A DNA stretch of 64,000 nt, counting the filler, from Reticulomyxa filosa (taxonomy: Eukaryota; Protista; Foraminifera): assembly GCA_000512085.1 (NCBI GenBank). It is 25 parts of 25 records of this genome, joined end to end, with 100 filler letters (N's around TTAATTAATTAA, not from the genome) between each part and the next. Parts side by side here need not be neighbours in the genome. Positions count along the whole stretch, not along the records: positions 8,677 to 17,742 come from ASPP01005361.1; positions 17,843 to 19,105 come from ASPP01032211.1; positions 19,206 to 20,622 come from ASPP01043129.1; positions 20,723 to 21,722 come from ASPP01038718.1; 21 more parts are not named here. The stretch is one strand, 5' to 3'. Positions within the stretch are counted from its first letter, which is position 1. Every line of letters begins with the position of its first letter. The position numbers and the translations under genes were made by a program. The notes beneath the pieces were generated by a model. The model saw nothing but the letters and a program-made list of their open reading frames with translations. It did not search any database and was not told the DNA's origin. This document shows, piece after piece, positions 10,799-21,822 of this stretch.

Positions 10799-11392
10799 TG
10801 TTAAGCTTTTAAATTTACAATTCCAAACAAGTAAAAAGAATTTGAGATCAAAAAAAACTTCCTTTTTGAGTTTAAAAATTTTTTCAGTTTTACAAAAAGA
10901 GGAAATGGATCAGTTCGAAGGTTATATAATTTAAATAACAATACGCTTTCTTTTATTATTTTGCTAACTTATCTGAACAAGGCATAACCTACGAAAAAAC
11001 TGTGGTCGTTGCTACTTCTTTTTTGGACAAGGAATTATAATTATTTCAGTTTTTTAGGAGTTGTGTTACAAATTGCTTCAAATAATGTTTTTATTAAATT
11101 AAAAATTTAGCACACTTATTCTAAATAATCAACCAAACAAAACGACAAAAATACAAAGTAAACAAAGCAACAAAACAAAAAGTATAAATAAAAAATAAAA
11201 CGAATTCTTTAATAGAAAGAAATAAAAAAATGGTCATTCATCATTGGGCTTTCGCACCAAAATGCTGAAGATATTCACAACTAAAGTAAATAACACACCA
11301 CATTAAACAAAAACAGAAAAGACTTGAAATCAGGAGAGCCACAGAAGAAGAATGCAACAATTTTTTCCAAATTCTTGCCTTTTATTTATTGA

Positions 11393-14378
11393 TTACCATT
11401 TCTGATAATTGTAATTACCATTATTGCTACCTTGGTTACTATTGACACCAGAATGATGGCCACTGCCCCTATTGTGTTGTTGCCGCCAGGACAAGTAGTT
11501 ATGGTTAGAGCTATCTTTGGAGAGCATTTCCATTTTTGTCATGATATGTTTTCCCCAGGAAAGTTTGAGCAAGCTGCTTCTAGGAACAAAGCGCTGAATT
11601 TGACTAATCAGCTGTCGTTTTTGTTGACTGTCGCAGACATCGAAAAGCGTCTGCAAAACATAATTTCCATATTGGTCTTGGACCATTTTGGCGATCATAC
11701 TGTAAGACGATGCAGAAGAGTCGGACAACACATTGGAAGATTGTGACGATGACCGTCCACTGCTACTTTTGTGGTTGGCATTTCCTTGTCCTTTATCACT
11801 CATCAACAGTACAGCTTGAATTAACATGGTTCTATCTTTGCCATTGGATAAGCGCAGACATCGTTCCACTACGTTAGAAGCAAACTTGTGGCACGACAAT
11901 GCAAACACGCCATGACTGACTGCTTGAATCATTTCAGAAATAATCTTGTGATTTTTACAAATGTTCAGCACATGTTGGACTACGTAGTTGCCAAATTGAT
12001 TTTTGGCAAGTTTAACAGCGTTGCTAACAATAGTTTTATACGTACTTGCAGTTTGTCGCTCGTTGCAATGTGAAAGCAATCGCTGGACAACACGGCAGCC
12101 ATAAATGTGAATAGAATAAGCAAAGCATTTGCTTGCAATGTTTTCACAAATCACATCCAAATACTGACAAGGGATTTTTTCAATGCATTTTTGAACAACA
12201 TGATTCCCAAAAGGATGTCGAATATATTCATCCAAAGCAATCGCATCTTGGATTTCTGATAAGATTTTTAACTTGACTTGTAAATATCCACGATATCGTA
12301 AAATTCGTTGGATTACACGACAACTGTATTCTTGTTCACTTAACACTTTAACATTTCCAACAAACACTTTTTCCAAGATTTCTCCACCCAATTGCTTCAA
12401 TTCCGCTATTTCTTTGTTTTCTTTGGGACGCAGCTGCACAATTTGATGTTGTTGTTTTCCACTTGTTTTCCAGTGTTTTTCTGTATACGTATGTCCTATT
12501 GCCAACGTAGATAAATTTTCTTCATTCTCGTCATTATCACTGATGTAAGCAATAGCGTCTCCCCCTCTTTCTTTGTCTTGTTCATGCTCTTCTACTTTTT
12601 CACAGGTCACTTCCAAGAGTTTTAAAATAACAAAGTTGCCAATGGTGTCAGTGCACAGTTTGCTACCGTTATTATTTGCCAGCAACACATTGCACAATTC
12701 ACGCAAGTTATCGATAGTTGCTGTCTCTTGCTCAATGCACTTTTGCAAATAGCGACTGCCGTATTTGTGGCGACTCAACGCATTGACGACTTTGGCCGCA
12801 AGCAAATCTTGCAGATTGCACCGCATCGAATGCAACAAGCGACAATCAAATACATCTGGTCCTTTGTTGTGGATCAATGACAAAAAGTGTTCTTTCGTAC
12901 CCCGTTCACCATTAATGGTAAATAATGTTGCACTATCTTCATTATCAGCGTTAGCAGTACCGTCACCATTGTCATGATCATTACGATTGCCATTGGCACC
13001 AGCATCCGCCTCAGTTTCTGCTTCAGCATCGATACTAATATCGCCAGCATTGTTCGCATCAACATTGACTGCGTTTAATGGTGAGCGTTGCGCGTTCAGT
13101 TTTTTGTTGTGTTTTTGCAGACCCCCTTTTTTGGTTTCCTTCGATGTGCTTTTATTGCAATCTTTACTACGATCGCTTCCGTTTTTTCCTTTCGTTCCTG
13201 TCTGTGTTTCATTCTCTTTGTCGCTCTCACCATTTTCGTTTTCCATCAGCAGCGTCTGACTGTTTACATTCAATCGGAATTCCTTCTCGTCGCCATCACT
13301 TCGAGAAGCCCAACTATTTTATTTTATATTACATATTTAATAATATATATATTAATATTTATATATACATGTAATAATATTTATATATATATGTAATATA
13401 TAAATTGGGAACTCAACTCTGAATGCAGTGCACCCGCGTTTCCTCCACAAAAATAATCGATTTCGTCTTTGCAGTCTGTCTCAATGTTAAATGTGTCATT
13501 GGTGACTTTCCCAGACAACACACTTCGGGATTGGCCATTGGTTTTGTTCCAAGTCTGTGTGATGTCAGCAAAGTGTCGTTGCTCTCCGGCGACAATGTTT
13601 CTCTTTTGCAAACTGCTTGACTCAACTCTTTTACTTTCCGATTACTTTTTCCTTGTTCCGTGTTGGTCGTGTACGTATACTTGTGCCAATCGTTGCGGCT
13701 CCATGGCACCTTTTTTTTTTGAAAACGTTACGTCGGAGCCAAATAAATAAATTTTTTTTTTGTAAAAAAAAAAAGTGTACCGGCTTGGACAATCACATTG
13801 GGACCGATCTTTCTTTGCAAAGGGATATCAGTTGAACCAAAGTCACATTCTTCATATTTCAATGGAACACCGGAGAGATCGACCGAGCTTTGAGGATGCA
13901 CGTGATGGTACACTCCATTACTTGATATCAATGATTGGGAAGCGTGGAATCCGTAGTTTCCGTTATTGTACACTACACTTGGTCCACTCGTTGGACGAAT
14001 CACCGCTGTGTTGCTGTACTGCGCGTTGCTCGGAATCGCGGTCATACTATTTGCAAATACTCCGCTTGGAATAACTCGTGGTGGACACACAATGTAATGA
14101 TTGGATACTTGTCCGCTTCCGTGCACTGTTGGAGCTCCTTGCACGTACGATTGCAACGCCACGCCGTGCAACGGGTGCGCTGTTATGTGGTGCGCAGCTA
14201 CAGGTTGCACAGGAATGTGGTGCGTGGGAACAACCATTGGCGTTGGTGCTGGTATTAGTGGTAACCCTGGGGCTGGATCCAAAAAAAGTTGACTTTCGTC
14301 CGACAATGAAAATGTCGAGTTTGCAGCTGACGACAACAATGTGGCATCCTCAAATAGAATTATTCCGTTACTGTGCAT
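11393..14378 (-). CDS. Pumilio/PUF-family RNA-binding protein, multi-exon
   Basis: Eight PUF repeats (GSRYLQ, GNFVIL, SCRVIQ, GNHVVQ, GCRVVQ, GNYVVQ, ASNVVE, GNYVLQ) in the 11393-13313 exon; low-complexity upstream exons, start tentative. Confidence 0.92.
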
Positions 14379-15327
14379 GTTGCAAGTTTTTTTTGGAAGT
14401 GATTCAAGATAGTAAATCGACACAAGGATTAAAAAAGGAAAAGTAAGTTCAAAACGACTATTACTAAGTAAAAAACAGTTTCAAAAATTATCTCAACACA
14501 AGCGTCACAAAATTGTCATTCAAAAAATGTTTCAACATTCAACTATCGTACTCTGTAAAGAAAAAAATTAACTAAATTTAAAAATACAGAATATTCATCC
14601 GGTGGAATAGGAACTGTAATTTTTTTTGTTGTCATTGTACTTCTAATTGTGCCTGTTTCAACAATTTTTATTTTCTTTGGTTTTCAATCGACATGATTTA
14701 CATTAAAAAGTGTAATTTGTGTTTGATATTCAAAGTGTACGACAGTGAGGTTTTGTAATTTTGGTTACGTGGGGCTCTGCCTTGGTTTTCTTTCTTTTTT
14801 TTATTTTGTTAAGGCTTTCTACAAAAAATCAATGGATTTACAATGCTTCTCTTGAAGTATTATCTTGCATATTCTCAATCATTTTTAACGATTTTCTTTT
14901 GAAAAATTACAAAGTGTGACCTTTGACTCAACACATGTGTTGGGCTGCTAAAAAAAAAAAGTATGTTTGTGATTTTGGATGTATTACCTAAATGACTACA
15001 AAAATGGAATTTTGTTTATAATGACATTAAATTAGTGAACTAACTAGTTTAAAAAAAAAAAAAAAGTAAAATATTGTGAACTTATTATATAAAAATTGAT
15101 GTTTTCGTTCACTTATTTTGTTTGATATAGGGATAGCCCCCTTTATGTAATGTTAGTTATGACGTGTTGTAGAAATCTTGAGATTTTCTAACTTCTAACA
15201 AAAGAGAGAAAAGTATTGAGAGTTCAGGAATTTGAATATGAAGAAAGTTTTTAAAAGTAGTTCTTTTGTTGATATTCGACTTTTTAGAATAGTTTACAAA
15301 TCTTTCACATTTCGTAAGATACAAGGA

Positions 15328-16319
15328 ATGAAGAAGGAAAAGCAAGAAAAGTTTTTTAAAGTAAGTCTAAAATCGCAAGTCTTTATGAAATTAAACACCA
15401 ACAGGATTGCAAAATCACAAAGAAAATGTAGAACCAAACAAAACAAAAGTCCAACATTGTCGCACAAGTGTGTCCCTCGTGGTAACATTTGTATCTGATT
15501 CAACGGACAGTGGGATTACGTTTTCCAGCAAGTGCGAGGCAATCTGAATAACCAACCTGGACGTTGCGAAGCAAATATTGGTTAACAAAGATCCGTTGGC
15601 AGTGATCTTACTATTCGACTCTTCTGCCTTGACTTGCTTGCAACGGCACAATTTACCTGTCGATGACATTGAAGGCAAGTAGTAGCACGAACATATTGGT
15701 TGCGTTCGAGAAGCTGGCTGGTTGTATGTGCAATAGCCACAAGGCGATAAAAAAAATATTCCCAAGAAATGAGTACGGCATCGCATCTTGTTCATGGCCG
15801 ATACAGTCCAATATTAGCGAAAAGGGATTATGGCCAAGTGATTGCTCTCAACAGCGCATTTGCACCAGCATGGACGAAGATTTTGTCATCAATTTGCGAT
15901 GCATTTGCATCAATTTGAAAGGTTGGTATGCACTGTCAAGGAATGAAGTTATGGTTTGATTTCGAATTTTTTAAAATTTTTTTTTGGGCTCGTGCAAACG
16001 AAAACGTTTTTGTACGTATATCCAAAAAAAAAAAAATTTTGATAGGTTGAATGTCTCCACCGTCATTTAAAAGTTGATGGCCGACCTGCATTTAAGATTT
16101 CCGTAAGCAGTACCAGAAAAAGTCTCGCAACAGGAATTTGTTTCTGTTTCATGGAACAAAGAGGGGATACCAAAGCGTATGCTACTTTTGAGAGCCAAAC
16201 GCCAGACTGGCCAAACGAAACGTGATGCCCTCTCGATTGATTCCGTTTCCTCTTTGACTTGTAGCGATTTCAAGGTAAGATTTTGTAAATTTATTCCTAT
16301 CTTTCTCTTCTACTTTTGA
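15328..16319 (+). CDS. Multi-exon hypothetical protein
   Basis: ATG at 15328, GTAAGT donor at 15361, several higher-GC exon-like blocks; no recognisable domain. Confidence 0.3.
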
Positions 16320-16489
16320 ATAAATTTTGTTGTTTATTTCATAGATTACTTCAAAGGATGGAAAGAAATCAAATTCAGTTCCACCAACGTGGACTTCTGA
16401 GTAGCGCAAAATTGAAGATATTGTTTATCAAGAATTAAATTAATTTGTTAAATTGCTTTGATAACAATCTTGATAAATTTGCTCATAGT

Positions 16490-16570
16490 ATTTACAGGTA
16501 AAGTGCCACCTTATAAAAGTTGTAAGTTTTCTCCATAAAAATCAGTATTTAATCCAAATATTTTTTATGA
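16490..16570 (-). repeat. Repeat family A, short inverted fragment
   Basis: Reverse complement ttggattaaatactgatttttatggagaaaac...tataaggtggcacttt matches the family A 3' part. Confidence 0.6.
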
Positions 16571-16903
16571 GCAAAACCTTTTTTTGCTGGCATTGTTTGC
16601 TTCGGTTTATACGAATATTCAAAAAGTGTTGTCAATGTGTTATACTACACATTGTTAGCTTGATCTCAAAAAAACTATTTCTATCAAATGAATTGACCAT
16701 AGCCGAGGAATTTACTTTTATCGAGATCATTAAAATTAATTGGTTTATTGAAAAAAAGTTGTCCTGGTCAGAGCTTTGAACTTGTATATTTGCGATTGTG
16801 TTGTGATATTTGGTTGCTTTGTCCAAAATTAGTAAAATGATCATACAAAAAAACTGAAAAAAAAAAATCACATTGGAAAGAGCACTATCAAAGCCGAAGT
16901 TGC

Positions 16904-17630
16904 TTATTTTTCACGATCTTTTTCCCCGTTGGGCATTAATGAATCTATTTTACCATTCAAGCTTTTTACTTCTTCTTTCAGGTCTTGAATTTGCTTTTCA
17001 TATTCTTTATTCTTTGTCTTTTCCGCAAAATATTTGTTTTGCAAATTCGCCATTACGACTTGATACTTTTGTTCCATTTCCTCAAGGACGCCACGGATAC
17101 TGGGATCAATATTTGACGGAAGCAAAGAGACGTCTATGAACCCCAAAGCATTTTACGATATATCATGTCAAAAATGAGCCAAACAAATCTCATTGTGTGG
17201 AAAAAAAAAAAAAGATGAATAATACTTGTTTTGAATTCATTAATATCTGTTTCAGGACCAATGATCGGCGGAGGAGATGAGTGTTTAGAGGTAACTGGGA
17301 GTGCTTTCCACACTAAATCTTTCAATTGACTATGACGCTTTTCAGACACAGACCTGGTAATTGGCTGTGAAGATGTGGAACTACTTGGAGGTTTGACAGC
17401 AATGTCGTTTGCAGAGCCGTCTTTACGAAAAGGCGGAGGATGAGCAGTTCGAAGCGAGGGAAGATGTCCGAGGTCCTTTGGACTACTGGCATTTTTCTCT
17501 CCATCGCTGTCCGAATCATCTCCCCAGTCCTCTTCATCCTCTTGCGTATTGGCTCGTACTTTTCCCGTAAACCATTTTTTTCCTTTCAAACGTTCCTCCA
17601 AATCCGGGAACATATCCTTGCTTTGTTCAC
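16904..17630 (-). CDS. Hypothetical protein, 3' exons with coiled coil
   Basis: Two exon-like ORFs (17134-17630, 16904-17146); the terminal one is heptad-rich. Confidence 0.5.
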
Positions 17631-17842
17631 TAAAAAAAAAAAAAAAAAAAAAAAAGGAAAAAAAAAAAGGGGGCCCAAAAAAAAAAAAAAAAAAAAACAA
17701 ACAAACTTGATTGACAATGACCAAATCAATAATCGGATCAGANNNNNNNNNNNNNNNNNNNNNNNNNNNNNNNNNNNNNNNNNNNNTTAATTAATTAANN
17801 NNNNNNNNNNNNNNNNNNNNNNNNNNNNNNNNNNNNNNNNNN

Positions 17843-19085
17843 TAGCTGGGTAAAATTCAATAATTTTGTTGCCTAAGTTTACAAGGCAACTCGATAACGA
17901 TAATCTATGTTCGCAAAAAAATATTTATCCCAAAGGAATAAAGCATGGATTACGCTACCGAGTTGTATGGAATATTATCATTATATTTTACCGGTAACAA
18001 GGCTAGAGTCGTATGTATGACAAACTTGCTTATTGGTTTACTAAGAGCAGCATCTACCAACTTATCTAAAGCTGCACGCCATATGCCAGGCGGCATAAAG
18101 TTTGCCTCTAAGTACCGTAGGGTACAGAGATTTTTTGAGAAGGTGAGTTTGGATTGGGATCAACTTGCGGCATTTATTGTTAAACAGATTTCGTTCAAAG
18201 ATAAACACACGTTAATATTAGATAGAACCAATTGGAAAATTGGCACGGCTAACATAAATTTTTTGGTTTTAGCGGTTGCCTGGCATGGTATATCGATTCC
18301 AGTATATTGGATTAACTTAGGCAGAGCTGGCAATTCAAATACCATGGAACGAATGCAAATATTAAGTAAATTCATACAACTTTTTGGCGTAGACAAGATC
18401 GAAATATTTTTGGCCGACAGAGAATTTATTGGCGACGACTGGCTGCATTGGCTTGACCATTATGGTGTAAGGTTTGTTATAAAAATCAAAGGAAACTCCA
18501 AGATATATTATAATAAAAAGTATAAGCGCGTTCTAAAATCATTCAGATCATTGCGTCGTGGCGGCATTAGAATTTTAAAATGCACATTATGGGATTTAGA
18601 GTTAACAATTGTTGGTTACAAGCATACTGATGGCGAAGTATATATTTTGGCCACAAATGGCGATCCTAATCTAGCAGTAGAATTATATTCCATAAGATGG
18701 CAAATAGAGTCAATGTTCCTATGTTTAAAAAGCAATGGATTTAACCTTGAAGATACGCACATGGTAGATGCAAATAAATTAGAACTACTGTTTGGATTGC
18801 TTGCGATTCTAACATGCTGGAACTGTAAAATTGGATGCTGGTTCCATGTAATCAAGCCTATAAAGATTAAAAATCACGACAGGCCTGAACAAAATTTATT
18901 TCACTATGGCATGACTATGATTGGTACTATTCTAAATAACGTGCTGGACTACGCAAACGATTTTAGAAATATTCTGAGAATACTTAAAAAACCACACCTA
19001 ATTGACCATAGCAGTTATGACATGGAGTGGCAATGTGTTTAAAACTGCTGAATTTTACGCCTCTAATTTTTTGTCGTGTACGGTG
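17843..19085 (+). mobile_element. IS4-family insertion sequence (IS10 group, ISAba1-like), left end truncated by the contig edge
   Basis: Right terminal IR 19068-19085 reads CACCGTACACGACAAAAA on the minus strand, similar to ISAba1-type CTCTGTACACGAYAAA; encloses an intact transposase. Confidence 0.9.
17945..19042 (+). CDS. tnp: IS4-family DDE transposase
   Basis: LILDRTNWK (D), FLADREFIG (D), YSIRWQIESMFLCLK (YREK motif, E); intronless; AGGA Shine-Dalgarno-like sequence upstream. Confidence 0.95.
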   Translation: MDYATELYGILSLYFTGNKARVVCMTNLLIGLLRAASTNLSKAARHMPGGIKFASKYRRVQRFFEKVSLDWDQLAAFIVKQISFKDKHTLILDRTNWKIGTANINFLVLAVAWHGISIPVYWINLGRAGNSNTMERMQILSKFIQLFGVDKIEIFLADREFIGDDWLHWLDHYGVRFVIKIKGNSKIYYNKKYKRVLKSFRSLRRGGIRILKCTLWDLELTIVGYKHTDGEVYILATNGDPNLAVELYSIRWQIESMFLCLKSNGFNLEDTHMVDANKLELLFGLLAILTCWNCKIGCWFHVIKPIKIKNHDRPEQNLFHYGMTMIGTILNNVLDYANDFRNILRILKKPHLIDHSSYDMEWQCV

Positions 19086-19206
19086 CACAACCGAATATAA
19101 CCTCTNNNNNNNNNNNNNNNNNNNNNNNNNNNNNNNNNNNNNNNNNNNNTTAATTAATTAANNNNNNNNNNNNNNNNNNNNNNNNNNNNNNNNNNNNNNN
19201 NNNNNC

Positions 19207-19246
<40 letters not shown>

Positions 19247-19386
19247 GCGGCATCTTCAACCTATTAATTTGCAACCAGTTTTGAAGCATTACAATTTAAC
19301 ACATATAACATATACATATATATATATATATATATATGTTTATATGTACACGTTATTGTTAATACGATAACAACAAATAAATTAAG

Positions 19387-19995
19387 TATTGTGACATTGC
19401 GGCAACGCTGTACGAAACATTCATTGGAGATCGCGCAACTAGTGAAATCAACATCCCTTCTTCAATGAGAGCAAATATTAAACTCTTTTTTGATGAAAAG
19501 TTTCACGACAATTGGAAACGTGAATACACGGGAAAAACCTCTATCATTGTCGCGACTGATAATGGACAGGACGAAATCAAATATGGTTTGGCTTTCTATA
19601 TACATATATGTATATTTATATATTTCTAAACTAATTACATGCACATTGTATCCAAGCAATAAGTAAACAAACAAACAAACAAACAAACAAAAAACCTTTG
19701 ATAAGATCCGAAAGAAAAAGCTGGAAATTTTTTACCCGCTGTTTTGCAAAAAGAGGTGGAAGTTGATGGCGTTTCGCACTTCACTCAGAACAAAGGACGA
19801 TTGAAACAACAAGAATTAATCGAAAAATATTTGGAAGTTTTTAATGATGCAATCATTGAAGTCTATGGATTGCTGCAAAAATTGTATGTGTTTGAGTTTC
19901 CTCGATGGGCCGAGAAACAATTAAATAACTGGGCAAAAACTATCAGCACTACTCAACGCACTTCCAATGCTTGGAAAAAATTATTCAAAAGGTAA
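19387..19995 (+). CDS. RGS-domain protein, 3' exons
   Basis: IAATLYETFIGDRATSEINIPSSMRANI ... VFNDAIIEVYGLLQKLYVFEFPRW match the C-terminal RGS helices. Confidence 0.7.
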
Positions 19996-20722
19996 TTCTT
20001 AAATTTTTCGTTGTTTTTTTAATTGTGGTTTTCCTTCTTTCAAAAAAAAAAAAAAAAAACAACAACAACAAAGAACAGACAAAAAAAAATAATAAATTCA
20101 AATTTCGTTTTTTTTTAGCAGTTTTTGCCGGTTGGAGCGTGATGTTATATGGCAAAAACTTTCCAAACATTCCTTTTTTGAAAGTGTAACATTAGTGTTT
20201 TTTCTTTTTTCCCACACTCATTTTGCAAACTGTGAATTTTTTTAAATGCCTTGTATCAAACATTTATTCATTGCCGAAATTAAAATAAGCTGAACAACTT
20301 GATTCTATCTTTTTTAAAAAAGAACTAATCATTTTGTCAGTTTAAAGGCTTTCTTTGATTATTTTTTGCGAATAATTTACAATGTTTATTATTTAAATTT
20401 TAAGCTGCAGATAACGATACAAAATTTGTTGTCTTGACAAAAAAAAGCATGTCCTTTCATCAATATTACCACAAAACAGACTGTGAATACATAGATCTTA
20501 AAAAAAGATTTTAAACTGCTAATCGAATATCAGTCAGTTGGTAGTATATCAAAATCCAATTACGTAACTTTTTACTTTCGAAGAATAGTGTCGTAAAACA
20601 ACGAACAAAAGAAAGGACAAAANNNNNNNNNNNNNNNNNNNNNNNNNNNNNNNNNNNNNNNNNNNNTTAATTAATTAANNNNNNNNNNNNNNNNNNNNNN
20701 NNNNNNNNNNNNNNNNNNNNNN

Positions 20723-21433
20723 CATGTGCAGGCGCTCTATTCTTTACGTTTAGTCGAGTTGGAGGGGATGTAAAGTTTGGAGTCGTTACATTCAGTCGAT
20801 TTTCATTCTGTCTTTTCATAGGTTTCAAACTCCCTTGCAGGTTTTAAATAAACAAAAGACATAACATACCAGTGAAGCTGAAAGTCCAACATTCCGATTT
20901 TCGACAGACTTTTGTGATAACAGTATTTGCTGAATGTTGCCTATAAACTGTCGCTCTTTTGGGCTAAGGTTATACGTATTTGCCAACATCGTCAATGTAC
21001 CCATTGCGTTGTTTGAAATCAATTGTTTGGTAATATTCAAAGTTATTTGTTCGTTGATAGACAGTAGTTGATGGAGTAATGATAGCATGTCACAGAACCT
21101 AGAACTGTCATATTGTTTGTTATAGACCTTTTTTTTGTAAATATGTTTGCATTGTGACACAAAGTGAAATAGTTCAAGAGGTACCGGTTAGGTTCAGCTT
21201 GAAACCATTTCACTGCTAGCTGAACAAAAGATGATTCAACGCTCAGTTCTTGAAATGTCAGTAATTCCACAGAAAGCTTAAATAATATGTTGTCTAAAGC
21301 ACGGAAACGAATATCCGAAATTGTGCTTCCTGTTTGTGTTGTTCTATTTGTGTATTTTTTATAACGCCTAAAGAATCAAAATATTGAGCAAACCCAATTT
21401 TGAGACAATGTGGGTAATTGAAGATTGTGTCAT
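20723..21433 (-). CDS. RTTN: Rotatin-like protein, N-terminal (RTTN_N) exons
   Basis: Spliced MTQSSITHIVSKLGSTISDIRFRALDNILFKLSVELL...FVQLAVKWFQ...QLISNNAMGTL resembles rotatin [24 protein letters not shown]...LLEWFN. Confidence 0.65.
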
Positions 21434-21822
21434 GATTTCTTTAAACGATAACAGTGCAAAGAATTCAAAAGTTCAAAAAATGCCGAAATTGAAACCTTTT
21501 CAAAAAAATTTGTCCCCTTATAACGTGATCAATATAAAAGAACAAACATTAATTATCACTTTGGCGAAATTTTTCCATTAATAACTCTTATTATGAATAT
21601 TTTAAAAAGCATTAAATTATGCGAATTTGAACAGCCATCCGAGCAGGTCTCTTTAGAATGTAATTACAAGGAATTTGCTGAACAACCAAAATAAAAACAC
21701 AAACGTTGAAATAACAAGAATANNNNNNNNNNNNNNNNNNNNNNNNNNNNNNNNNNNNNNNNNNNNTTAATTAATTAANNNNNNNNNNNNNNNNNNNNNN
21801 NNNNNNNNNNNNNNNNNNNNNN

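Noticed and set aside
14585-14618. Small hairpin TACAG...CTGTA upstream of the PUF gene as an ncRNA
   Set aside because: Short and imperfect, with no second copy or recognisable RNA motif.
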